In this document: piece after piece, positions 47,056 through 56,155 of the stretch
Layout of the letters: each line of letters begins with the position of its first letter
Numbering within the stretch: the first letter of the stretch is position 1
From: Candidatus Bathyarchaeia archaeon
GTDB taxonomy: Archaea; Thermoproteota; Bathyarchaeia; Bathyarchaeales; Bathycorpusculaceae
Direction: 5' to 3'
Length of the DNA: 64,000 nucleotides
Assembly (NCBI GenBank): GCA_038826755.1
Contig: JAWBOE010000003.1
Location: 13,346 to 77,345, forward strand
The notes under the pieces: model-generated
What the model saw: only the letters and a program-made list of their open reading frames with translations
Database searches by the model: none
What the model was told of the DNA's origin: nothing
Position numbers and translations under genes: made by a program

Positions 47056-49854
47056 TTGAAGCAGTTTCCAGCAGAAGAGTATGCATTGCCTTTCTTTAGA
47101 GAAGAGGGCTTTATGAGAAAATTATGTCCTAAATGTGGCGAATATTTTTGGACTCAGAATTCGCAGCAAGAAACCTGCGGAGAATCTTCTTCAGATGAGT
47201 GTGCTTGTTACTCGTTTATTGGTGCCTCACCTACAAAACGAAGTTATAGTCTTCCAGAGATGCGTGAAGAGTTTTTGTCTTTTTTCGAGAAACGTGGTCA
47301 TACGCGGGTTAAGCCTTACCCTGTTGTTGCGCGTTGGCGGAATGATATTTACTTGACGCATGCAAGCATAATTGATTTTCAACCCTACGTCACAGAGGGT
47401 ATTGCGCCAGCACCAGCTAATCCGCTTGTTATTGCGCAGCCTTGTATTCGCTTGGTGGATATTGCTAATACTGGTCCTACTTTTGGTAGGCATTTAACTA
47501 TCTTTGAGATGGGTGGGCATCACGCGTTTAATTATCCTGATTACGAAGTGTATTGGAAAGATCAGACTGTTAGGTATCATCACGAGTTTGTTACTGACGT
47601 CTTAGGTGTGCAGTCTGAAGATGTTACTTACAAGGAGGACGTTTGGGTTGGTGGTGGTAACGCAGGTCCAGATGTTGAGTGTATAATTGGCGGCTTGGAA
47701 GTTGGCACATTAGTTTTTATGCAGTATAAGGTTGTTAACGGCGAGTTTGTGAAGTTGCCTATTCGCACTGTGGATACTGGGTATGGGCTAGATCGTTTTG
47801 CTTGGCTTTCGCAGGGTTCACCTAGCTGTTTCCACGCTGTTTATGGTGGCTTGTTAGACAAGATTTTCAGGTTAGCAGGCTTAACTAATATGGATGACGA
47901 ACTTTTGTCAAAAGTGGCTAGGTATTCTGGTTTAGTTAGCGTGGATAAAACCGTAAACCGACTTAGTACGAGACGACGTGTTGCTGAGCTTGTAGGTCTC
48001 CCATTAGAAGAGTTAGAAAGGATGCTTTCGCCAATTGAGAATGCTTTCGCGGTTGCTGATCACACGAAATGCCTAAGTTTTATTCTTTCTGAGGGCGTGG
48101 TGCCATCTAATATTCATGAGGGCTATTTGGCACGCTTGTTGTTCCGCAGGGTTTACCGCCTGCTGCGAATGTTGGGGATTCCTGAAAGCCTCTATGATAT
48201 AGTAGATATGCAGATTGTGCATTGGGGAAGAGACTACCCGCAAATTAAGGCAATGCGAAACGAAATTATAGAAATGCTCAAAGTCGAAGCGGAAAAATTC
48301 GAGGACACCATAAAGCGCGGTGAAAGTCTAGTCAAGCGTATTGCAAGTGATCTCAAGGCTAAAGGCGTGAATGTTTTGCCAAACGATACATTGTCTGAAT
48401 TATATGACTCACAGGGACTTCCACCTGAAATTGTTAAACAAGTTGCTGAAGGAGAAGGAGTAAGAGTGGAAGTTCCTGAAAACTTTTACACCTTGATTGC
48501 CAAGCGGCATATGCAGGCAACCAAGCCTATGGAGGAGGAAGCCGAAGCTGAGCAGGCGTTGGTTTCAGCTGTGGAGTTGTTGCAGCCGACTGAGCAGTTG
48601 TATTATGTAGATGCGTATATGAAAGAGTTTGACGCTAAGGTTCTCAGCGTTTTGCAGGGTAACCGTGTTATTTTGGATAGGACTTGCTTTTATCCCGAAG
48701 GTGGCGGTCAACCTGCTGATCATGGTTTTCTCTTTGTCGGTAATTCAAAAATGGAAGTTATCGATGTTCAGAAGATTGGCAGAGTTATTGTGCATAGGCT
48801 TAATGATGCTTCGTTGATTCATGAGGGAGTAACGGTTAAAGGCATGATCGACTGGGAGAGGCGTTATGCGCTTATGAAGGCACATACAGCAACGCATCTG
48901 ATTAATGGTGCTGCGCGGCGTGTGTTAGGTGAGCATGTTTGGCAATTTGGCACTCAGAAAGGTTTAGAATGTTCTCGTTTGGATATTTCTCATTATCGCC
49001 GTTTATCGCCTGAAGAAGTGCACAAGATAGAGGTTTTAGCTAATCAGGCTGTGTTGGCTAATTTCCGTGTAGAGACTGCTTGGCTGCCACGTAATGAGGC
49101 TGAGGGCCGTTATGGTTTTAGGCTTTATCAGGGTGGGGCTGTTCCAGGTAAGGAAATTCGCGTCGTAAAAACTGGAGATTGGGATGTTGAAGCATGCGCG
49201 GGAACGCATTTAGGTAGCACTGGCGAAATTGGCTTCATCAAGATTATTTATACTGAGCGTGTTCAGGATGGTGTGGAGCGGCTTGCTTACGCGGTTGGGC
49301 TGGAAGCTTTAAAGGCAGTGCAGCGTCAGGAGCGATTGCTTTGGCGTATGTCCGAACTACTAAATGCTCCTGTGGAGAAGATGGATAAAACAGCTGAGAG
49401 GCTTGTTAAGGAGTTGAAGGAGGCTAATGCTGAAAAGCGTAAGTTAATCAAGGAGCTGGCTGCTAAGGAAACTGCGGGTTTTGGAGCTACGGCCACTTCT
49501 GAAATGGCACAGGATATTAGTGGTTTACGTCTTGTAAAGCGTAATTTTCAGACGATAATTGATGTAGACCGCATGGTGCAGACGGCAAGCAAGGTGGTTG
49601 AACGTGACGATTCAGCTGTTGTGCTCTTCTCTGGTTCCGATGGCAGAACTGCTAGGCTACTAGTTATGGCAGGCAAGGCTGCTGTAGCGAAGGGTGTTAA
49701 CGCTGCGGAAATAGTAAAAGCAGTTTCGCCTATAATCGGTGGTGGAGGTGGTGGAAAACCTAATTTTGCGCAAGGTGGCGGTACAAAACCCGAGAAACTA
49801 CAGGAGGCTTTGGAGCGAGCTGAGGAAATAATCAGAAAGTTATGTCAAGTTTAG
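47056..49854 (+). CDS. alaS: Alanyl-tRNA synthetase
   Basis: 932 aa with a TTG start. An archaeal-type N-terminus with a Cys cluster (CPKCGEYFW), a class II core, an editing domain (HTATHLINGA, CAGTH) and a C-terminal DHHA1-like GGGGGK. Confidence 0.95.
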   Translation: MKQFPAEEYALPFFREEGFMRKLCPKCGEYFWTQNSQQETCGESSSDECACYSFIGASPTKRSYSLPEMREEFLSFFEKRGHTRVKPYPVVARWRNDIYLTHASIIDFQPYVTEGIAPAPANPLVIAQPCIRLVDIANTGPTFGRHLTIFEMGGHHAFNYPDYEVYWKDQTVRYHHEFVTDVLGVQSEDVTYKEDVWVGGGNAGPDVECIIGGLEVGTLVFMQYKVVNGEFVKLPIRTVDTGYGLDRFAWLSQGSPSCFHAVYGGLLDKIFRLAGLTNMDDELLSKVARYSGLVSVDKTVNRLSTRRRVAELVGLPLEELERMLSPIENAFAVADHTKCLSFILSEGVVPSNIHEGYLARLLFRRVYRLLRMLGIPESLYDIVDMQIVHWGRDYPQIKAMRNEIIEMLKVEAEKFEDTIKRGESLVKRIASDLKAKGVNVLPNDTLSELYDSQGLPPEIVKQVAEGEGVRVEVPENFYTLIAKRHMQATKPMEEEAEAEQALVSAVELLQPTEQLYYVDAYMKEFDAKVLSVLQGNRVILDRTCFYPEGGGQPADHGFLFVGNSKMEVIDVQKIGRVIVHRLNDASLIHEGVTVKGMIDWERRYALMKAHTATHLINGAARRVLGEHVWQFGTQKGLECSRLDISHYRRLSPEEVHKIEVLANQAVLANFRVETAWLPRNEAEGRYGFRLYQGGAVPGKEIRVVKTGDWDVEACAGTHLGSTGEIGFIKIIYTERVQDGVERLAYAVGLEALKAVQRQERLLWRMSELLNAPVEKMDKTAERLVKELKEANAEKRKLIKELAAKETAGFGATATSEMAQDISGLRLVKRNFQTIIDVDRMVQTASKVVERDDSAVVLFSGSDGRTARLLVMAGKAAVAKGVNAAEIVKAVSPIIGGGGGGKPNFAQGGGTKPEKLQEALERAEEIIRKLCQV

Positions 49855-49882
49855 TGTTATAGTTTCCTTCTTAATGTTTAGT

Positions 49883-50569
49883 TTATTGATGTGAGTACAG
49901 TTTATACCCATTATATCTACTCGAGTTTTTTAGGTGTTTTTTGAGCATAACAGTTGTGATTGTTATGAGTGTAAGTAATATGACTATTGTGATTGATGTT
50001 GGAAATTCAGGAATTACTGTTATGGTGCTGCTTATTGTTTTATGTTCGATTAGGTTTGCAGTTTCGCCTGGGGCTGGGCGGTCAGCAAGTTCTGATTCTA
50101 TTTCGAGTTTGACATTGGCTGTGCTTGTTGTATTGAATGTAATTATTGCGACGTTTCCGCTGCCATTGAAGGACGGTGCAGGGTTAACTGATGTGGCTAC
50201 AACGTGATAAATTCCTGTTTCCTGTGAGATTGTTTCTTGAACGATTTCTATTGGAGCGTTGGGTAATTGTTCATGTAGAACGCCATCAGGATGTGATTCA
50301 ACTCCCAATCTAGAGTCAACTTTTAAGAGTTGCAGTGCTGTATCGTCCCAGTGGAGCGTGATGTCTATTCCATATAGGTTTTGTACGTTATTGATTGTTA
50401 TGGACACCGTGATTGTTTCGCCTAGTTGTGGCGTGTTTTTAGACGGTGTGGCTGTTATTGTTGTTCCTGTGGCAGCTTTTGTAGCATCAGTCGGCATAAA
50501 TAAGAAGGCAAGTAACATCAACATGGTTATCAATAAATTTTTGAGTTTAGGAAAGCATATTTTTTTCAT
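49883..50569 (-). CDS. Cohesin-domain surface protein with PEF-CTERM-like sorting tail
   Basis: 228 aa. It has a signal peptide. The cohesin-like pattern is ETITVSITINNVQNLYGIDITLHWDDTALQLLKVD...GSGNVAIITFNTTSTANVKLEI. The C-terminus is IPEFPTSITIVILLTLITITTVMLKKHLK. Confidence 0.7.
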   Translation of the reverse strand: MKKICFPKLKNLLITMLMLLAFLFMPTDATKAATGTTITATPSKNTPQLGETITVSITINNVQNLYGIDITLHWDDTALQLLKVDSRLGVESHPDGVLHEQLPNAPIEIVQETISQETGIYHVVATSVNPAPSFNGSGNVAIITFNTTSTANVKLEIESELADRPAPGETANLIEHKTISSTITVIPEFPTSITIVILLTLITITTVMLKKHLKNSSRYNGYKLYSHQ

Positions 50570-50571
50570 TG

Positions 50572-51489
50572 CTACTTACCTTTTATTTGCTCGTTTAGTA
50601 TAACTATTTTGTCTCGGCCTCTCTTATATCTTGTTATTGTCCCTTTTTGTTCTAAAGCGGATAGAATTTGGCTTGTTTTAGCCTTTGAAAAGCCACATTT
50701 TTCTGCTATGACCGATTGGCGTATGCTGCCATTTGATAAGTGAATAAGTTTTATGATTTTTTCCTCGTCACTCTCGATATGCGGTGTAATTATTGGTTTA
50801 GGAGGCTTGTTTTTTGACTTTTGACGCTTAAGCATGTAAATAGCTACTAAGGCCAATACGACAATACTGATGACAGATATGCCTATAAAGGCGAATTGTT
50901 GCCGATTGCCGTTTTCTATGTTCTGTGTTTTATTTTGTAATATTATTTCAGGTTTAGCTTTTATGAAGTATTCTGTTACAAGCCACTTTATGGTTCCAGC
51001 TGCGTTGTTTTGTTCATCTGGGTGTGGCGAAACGGACAATATGTTATATGTTTCCGGATAGGTAATCTGTAATGTGCCATCTCCATATAGTTGCTTAAAG
51101 AAGTCTGGTGTGTGGAACACGTCGCCTAATGTTATTGCACCGTTTTTCTCTACGCTGAAGTTCTGCCATATGAAGGAATAAATGGTTTTTCTTGATTGCG
51201 TGTCCCATGATATTTCGTCTATCATTTGAAGCGAGTTTTCGTCAACAGACATTTCTCTGCCTGTTTCATTCGCGGCAGCTGTAACAAGTGCTGTTACTCT
51301 TTCTTGGAAACCTTTTATGTCTATGTTGCTGTTAATACTCGAGACCACAGTGACAACCCAATACGCCGAGTTGTCCGTGTTTATTTGAATTTTGTATTCA
51401 ACGTAACTTTGACAGTAAGCGTCGTGAGTGAATATGATAAAGAATAGCAGACCTACAATAATACAGAACTGCCGCAGGCAAATTTTCAT
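50572..51489 (-). CDS. Bitopic membrane protein: extracytoplasmic N-terminal domain, one TM helix, cytoplasmic winged-helix DNA-binding domain
   Basis: 305 aa. It has a signal/anchor and a TM helix FAFIGISVISIVVLALVAIYML. The C-terminal wHTH is IKLIHLSNGSIRQSVIAEKCGFSKAKTSQILSALEQKGTITRYKRGRDKIV. Its stop is 2 nt before the cohesin gene start, so the two are probably co-transcribed. Confidence 0.65.
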   Translation of the reverse strand: MKICLRQFCIIVGLLFFIIFTHDAYCQSYVEYKIQINTDNSAYWVVTVVSSINSNIDIKGFQERVTALVTAAANETGREMSVDENSLQMIDEISWDTQSRKTIYSFIWQNFSVEKNGAITLGDVFHTPDFFKQLYGDGTLQITYPETYNILSVSPHPDEQNNAAGTIKWLVTEYFIKAKPEIILQNKTQNIENGNRQQFAFIGISVISIVVLALVAIYMLKRQKSKNKPPKPIITPHIESDEEKIIKLIHLSNGSIRQSVIAEKCGFSKAKTSQILSALEQKGTITRYKRGRDKIVILNEQIKGK

Positions 51490-51736
51490 TGGTGATCAAC
51501 TCTAAAGAAGAGTTCTGAATTATTTAAAACTTGCAAATTCAAATACGCAAGAGTAGTCGCATTTTTATGGCATACTTGTTTCTCCGTTCTTTGTATACTT
51601 TAAACAGCTGGTTTTCTGGCTTTCCGTTGCTGCTTGTTAATCGCTGAAAACGAGAGTTTTTAGTCTAAAAAACAAAAATAAACATATTTGAACTTTTAAA
51701 AACTAAAATAAATGTTTTCTGCTATTTATATAGTAA

Positions 51737-51757
51737 AAAAGCTTTAGAAAAGCTTTT
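51737..51757. promoter_or_regulatory. Perfect 9-bp inverted repeat AAAAGCTTT-aga-AAAGCTTTT just downstream of a TTTATATA box
   Basis: Read directly from the sequence. The TATA-like TTTATATA is at 51725-51732. The element lies 50 nt upstream of the ATG of the dockerin-like gene, in the divergent intergenic region shared with the wHTH/cohesin operon. Confidence 0.4.
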
Positions 51758-51806
51758 ATTTTGCTTTTCGAATCAAAAAAACAGCGCAAGGTAAGGTGAT
51801 TGCAGA

Positions 51807-52640
51807 ATGAGAAAAGAATTTGCGCTTGCAGTAGTATCGTTGGTATTGATAGGTAGCTTAAGCTTTGTCGTAAGTTACGCGCAGGCATTCCCAATATTAA
51901 ATCGACATGGCATATCCAATGCTTTCTTAGGTGTCATGAACAGCAAACCTGTTCAAAAAAGCTGGCTACGAATGGATGGCATGATAACAAAATGGGGCGA
52001 AATCGATACTTCAGGCATTCTTTCGGTGAATACGCGAACGACCCTGTTTGATACAAGCGATACACGTAAGTTGTCCTTTGCAAGTGCCGTATGGACAACG
52101 GATAAACTGCGTCCAGTTGCCAATGCCGTGAAAACTAAGGAAAACCTAACCTATATAATATACTCAGCAAGTCTAAGAAATGCCTCTGTTTTATCACTAA
52201 GCTATGACAACAACGACTTCTTAATCAGTGGAAAATGGAACATAAATAATGTAACAATAACTGTCACAGTTATAACAAACAGCAGTGGCAACATTGTTCG
52301 AATCCACCGCGACACTAATATTACAACAACAGAAGCTTATGGCGAACTTGAAATAACTGACAACTGGACTAAGTTTACTCTGACAATTAGCGGCTTGGAT
52401 CAGTTAACAGGTACGGTGAAGCGTTCGATGATGCGACAGATGCAATGGAACCCATTCAAAATAACTGACGATATAGTAGGAACCGCAAGCGACACGGTAG
52501 GCAAGGCGGACTTAACTACGGTGGCAAAATGTTACGGCAACATGCCGGGCTGGGGTACATACGACCAAAGAATGGACTTCAATTTTAACTACCGAATAGA
52601 CATAGCTGACGTAGCAACAGTTGCAGCAAATGTGCAGTAA
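51807..52640 (+). CDS. Secreted protein with C-terminal dockerin-like module
   Basis: 277 aa with a signal peptide. The C-terminus is GKADLTTVAKCYGN...DFNFNYRIDIADVATVAANV. The second segment fits the dockerin Ca-binding loop pattern D-x-N-x-(D/N)-x-x-I-D-x-x-D followed by the helix VATVA. Confidence 0.6.
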   Translation: MRKEFALAVVSLVLIGSLSFVVSYAQAFPILNRHGISNAFLGVMNSKPVQKSWLRMDGMITKWGEIDTSGILSVNTRTTLFDTSDTRKLSFASAVWTTDKLRPVANAVKTKENLTYIIYSASLRNASVLSLSYDNNDFLISGKWNINNVTITVTVITNSSGNIVRIHRDTNITTTEAYGELEITDNWTKFTLTISGLDQLTGTVKRSMMRQMQWNPFKITDDIVGTASDTVGKADLTTVAKCYGNMPGWGTYDQRMDFNFNYRIDIADVATVAANVQ

Positions 52641-52987
52641 ACAATGCACCCAACTTCCCTCATTTTTTCGTGTAAAAAATCTATACACAACCTTTTGCCT
52701 AGTCTCGCTAGAAGCCCCTTTTTAGTCAGTTTTAAGGATTAAATCTTAGAGAGCGGAAGTGTGTCTTCTACTCCTCTAATTTGCCGTGTCTTATGCACAT
52801 TTTTCGATGAAAACATAACGTTTTGCCAGAGCCTTTCACAACTTTTAACTCGCTCTCATAACAATAAACGCTTTTGGGTTTGCTCCCGTCATTTGAACAT
52901 CCTGTTCTGTAAATGAACTTTATTTACTTGCTAATTCACTATGTTACTGAACAATCTTGCGTATAGCTGAGTGGGGGTGAAAGCTCG

Positions 52988-53905
52988 ATGGAAGAAAAAA
53001 GAACAGAATTCCGATTTTCCAAAAGGGTCTTTTCACTCGCGCTTATAATCGTGTTCTTGCTTGTGCTCTCAATACTTTTTGCTTCAGGTGTTATAGTTTC
53101 CGTTGGTGTAGGACACGCGGTGATACTGGTTGATCCGCTTACCAAATCAACAAGCGATCCTACAATTGGGCCTGCATATGTGCTGAAGGCACCTTGGGTT
53201 ACTGCCGTGGATGTCTATTACGCAACGGACACTTATGAAGATACAATTGCCTGCTTTTCTTCAGATCAACTTGAAATGCAAATTCAAATACTTGTCCGTT
53301 GGTCTCTAAATCCAGACAAGCTCAAGGCTCTCTACACTAACTATCCACGATTGAACTATAAGCAAGCGGCAATCGAATCGATCATGGCTGAAACCATAAG
53401 GCTAGTGACAAAAAACTTCACTGCGCTGCAAACAATAGAATTTAGAGATATCGTAAGAAATCAAATAGAAGTTGCAGTGCGCCAAGAAATAAACGCTGAA
53501 CCATCCCTCGCTGGCGCCTTAATTAACTTTGAGTTTGACTTGCGAAACATAGGTTATCCGCCGAAATACACAGCAGCTATAGAAGATAAATTGGTGGCTG
53601 AGCAACAAAAAATTCAAGCAGACTTCGAAAGGCAGCGAATACTTATATTGGCTAATGCTACTGCTCAGGAAGTCATAATAAAAGCTTCAGGCGAGGCTGA
53701 AGCAAAAATAATAGAGGCAAACGCCACAAAGCAAGCAATTGAACTAGTACTAACATCCATGGGACAAAATGACAATCAAACACGCATCGCCGAACTTTAC
53801 CTATGGGTTCAAACACTGCAAAGAATCGCACCAGACATAGACATACTGATAGTAGGCTCCGAAGGCACACCAGTGCTTATACCTGCAAACTCCACTAAAC
53901 CTTGA
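52988..53905 (+). CDS. SPFH/band-7 (prohibitin-like) membrane protein
   Basis: 305 aa. An N-terminal TM helix, an SPFH core and an Ala/Glu-rich coiled tail (QKIQADFERQRILILANATAQEVIIKASGEAEAKIIEA). Confidence 0.8.
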   Translation: MEEKRTEFRFSKRVFSLALIIVFLLVLSILFASGVIVSVGVGHAVILVDPLTKSTSDPTIGPAYVLKAPWVTAVDVYYATDTYEDTIACFSSDQLEMQIQILVRWSLNPDKLKALYTNYPRLNYKQAAIESIMAETIRLVTKNFTALQTIEFRDIVRNQIEVAVRQEINAEPSLAGALINFEFDLRNIGYPPKYTAAIEDKLVAEQQKIQADFERQRILILANATAQEVIIKASGEAEAKIIEANATKQAIELVLTSMGQNDNQTRIAELYLWVQTLQRIAPDIDILIVGSEGTPVLIPANSTKP

Positions 53906-54017
53906 CTTAACCCTGAAGATTTTTTCCTTTTATTCCTTCACCAAATAGAAGATTTTAACGAAGTAACACAAACCATAAAAACGTCTTTGTGTAACAAACA
54001 CAGCAGGATAACTAATC

Positions 54018-54185
54018 ATGAAGAAATCACAGCAGGAAATATGCACTCCTATAACATTGCCATGTGGCTGTATTTATCAAGATAAAGGTTGGCTGCTAAC
54101 TCGCATCAACGAATGCGAATATCACAGGCGAAAACGAACAGCAAAGCGCCCCTATAAGCCTAAAGCCGAATGCGTTAGACCATAA
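54018..54185 (+). CDS. Possible small Cys-rich basic protein (55 aa)
   Basis: It is below the ORF-track length cut-off. My translation is MKKSQQEICTPITLPCGCIYQDKGWLLTRINECEYHRRKRTAKRPYKPKAECVRP. No family is recognised. Confidence 0.25.
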   Translation: MKKSQQEICTPITLPCGCIYQDKGWLLTRINECEYHRRKRTAKRPYKPKAECVRP

Positions 54186-54230
54186 AAAACCTTTTAAACT
54201 GTTCAAGGCAAAATATGTGCAGGGGTGCCT

Positions 54231-56045
54231 ATGAAAAATACAAAAGCAATTAGCAAAATGATGGCTGTAGTTATTGCAGTTATTCTAATAATTGCGATAG
54301 TGGCAGGCGCTTACTATGCTTTGGCGCCAAAAGGTGGACCAGTAAAGAACCCTGACACGATAATTGAGGCAACAATCGGCGAGCCTGAGACACTTGATCC
54401 TGCATGGGCTTATGATACCGCAAGCGGCGAGGCAATCTTCAACATTTATGACACATTAATTTTCTTTGATAGAGAAAAGATAGATGCGTTTGTTCCGAAA
54501 GTGGCTGAAAAAGTGCCTTCTGTAGAAAACGGTTTAGTAAAGGACAACGGAAGAACCATAATTTTTCCCATAAGGCAAGGCATAAAAACACATGCCAATG
54601 GAGTAATAACCCCTGAAGATGTAGAGTACTCTTTTGAGCGTGCATTGATCCAAGACAGAGATGGCGGACCCACATGGATGCTTGCCGAGCCACTTCTAGG
54701 CGTTTATACATTGAGTGAACTCGGCGATCTATCTAAGGCTTCTGATGCTGCGGCTATTGGCGAAAAAATAGACAACGCCATTCAAGTTGACGGGAACAAC
54801 GTAGTATTTAGACTTGCAAAATCATTTCCACTGATGACTTTCCTACAGATTTGGAGCCAAACTTGGGCCAGCATAGTTGACAAAGAAGCAGCAGTCGAAC
54901 ATGGCGCTTGGTCAGGCGACAAATCAAACTGGCTACAGACCTTTAAAGACTACCATAACCCAGACGAACCAGAACTCCAAGAAGCTGACTGCGGTTCAGG
55001 GCCATTCAAGCTCGAAAAGTGGGATCACGGCAAAGAAATTTCTTTCACAAAATTTGACGATTACTGGGCAGGTCCAGCTAAAATCCAGCGTGCCGTAATA
55101 AAGACCGTTGACGAGTGGGCAACTAGGAAACTTCTGTTCCAGCAAGGCGACGTGGATATCGCTTATGTTCCGCGGCAATACATAGGCGAGATTGAAGGTA
55201 CAGCAGGTATACGCTGCATAAAAGACTTGAAGCAACTATCCATAGATAATTTGCTTTTTACTTTCGAAATAGATCCTGCCAGCCCCTATATCGGAAGCGG
55301 CAAACTTGACGGAAACGGCATACCAACAGACTTCTTCAAAGACATAAATGTCAGAAAAGCTTTCGCCTACTCATTCGACTGGGACACATACATTAAAGAT
55401 GCAATGCTGGGTGAGGCAATTCAAGTGCCCGGACCAATACCTGAAGGTATTCCATACTACAATCCAAACCAGCAAATGTACTCGCTTAACTTGGCAAAGG
55501 CTGAGGAATACTTCAAGGCAGCACATAATGGGCAAGTTTGGGAAAAAGGCTTCAAACTACAAATACTATACAACACGGGTAACATTCCACGTAAAACAGC
55601 TGCAGAAGTGTTGAAGAACAACATTGAAAGTTTAAACCCGAAGTTCCATGTTGAAGTGATTGAAGCCGACTGGTCAACTGTAATCTTGAAAGCGATGGTT
55701 AAAAGTCAACTTCCCGTATTCGTAATCGGCTGGCTACTAGATTATCCAGATCCACACAACTTTGTGCATCCATACATGCACTCTACAGGCGCATATGCAG
55801 CTTGGCAAAAATACAGCAATCCCACAGTTGACGATTTAATCGAACGTGGAATTTCAGAGACTGACCCAGAGAAAAGGAAGGAAATTTATTACGAGCTTCA
55901 AAGAATATACTATGAAGATGTACCAAGCATCTGCTTAGATCAAGCTTTGGGTCGCCACTGGGAAAGGGACTGGGTGCAAGGCTGGTTCTATAATCCAATG
56001 TTCCCAACACAAATATACTTCTACAACCTGTGGAAAGGCTACTAG
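54231..56045 (+). CDS. ABC transporter substrate-binding protein, family 5 (peptide/nickel/opine type)
   Basis: The ORF-track GTG is at 54225, and the ATG at 54231 is preferred. An N-terminal anchor is followed by the family-5 pattern (ETLDPAWAYDTASGE.IFNIYDTL, GSGPFKLEKW). Confidence 0.85.
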   Translation: MKNTKAISKMMAVVIAVILIIAIVAGAYYALAPKGGPVKNPDTIIEATIGEPETLDPAWAYDTASGEAIFNIYDTLIFFDREKIDAFVPKVAEKVPSVENGLVKDNGRTIIFPIRQGIKTHANGVITPEDVEYSFERALIQDRDGGPTWMLAEPLLGVYTLSELGDLSKASDAAAIGEKIDNAIQVDGNNVVFRLAKSFPLMTFLQIWSQTWASIVDKEAAVEHGAWSGDKSNWLQTFKDYHNPDEPELQEADCGSGPFKLEKWDHGKEISFTKFDDYWAGPAKIQRAVIKTVDEWATRKLLFQQGDVDIAYVPRQYIGEIEGTAGIRCIKDLKQLSIDNLLFTFEIDPASPYIGSGKLDGNGIPTDFFKDINVRKAFAYSFDWDTYIKDAMLGEAIQVPGPIPEGIPYYNPNQQMYSLNLAKAEEYFKAAHNGQVWEKGFKLQILYNTGNIPRKTAAEVLKNNIESLNPKFHVEVIEADWSTVILKAMVKSQLPVFVIGWLLDYPDPHNFVHPYMHSTGAYAAWQKYSNPTVDDLIERGISETDPEKRKEIYYELQRIYYEDVPSICLDQALGRHWERDWVQGWFYNPMFPTQIYFYNLWKGY

Positions 56046-56155
56046 AAAAATCCCTTAACTCTCCCCTCTTTTCTTTTTTACACTTTTAACATGAAAATTT
56101 ATAATAATAAAACATGAGCAACTCTTATATTATGGCAAAAACTAAGGTTTAGAAA

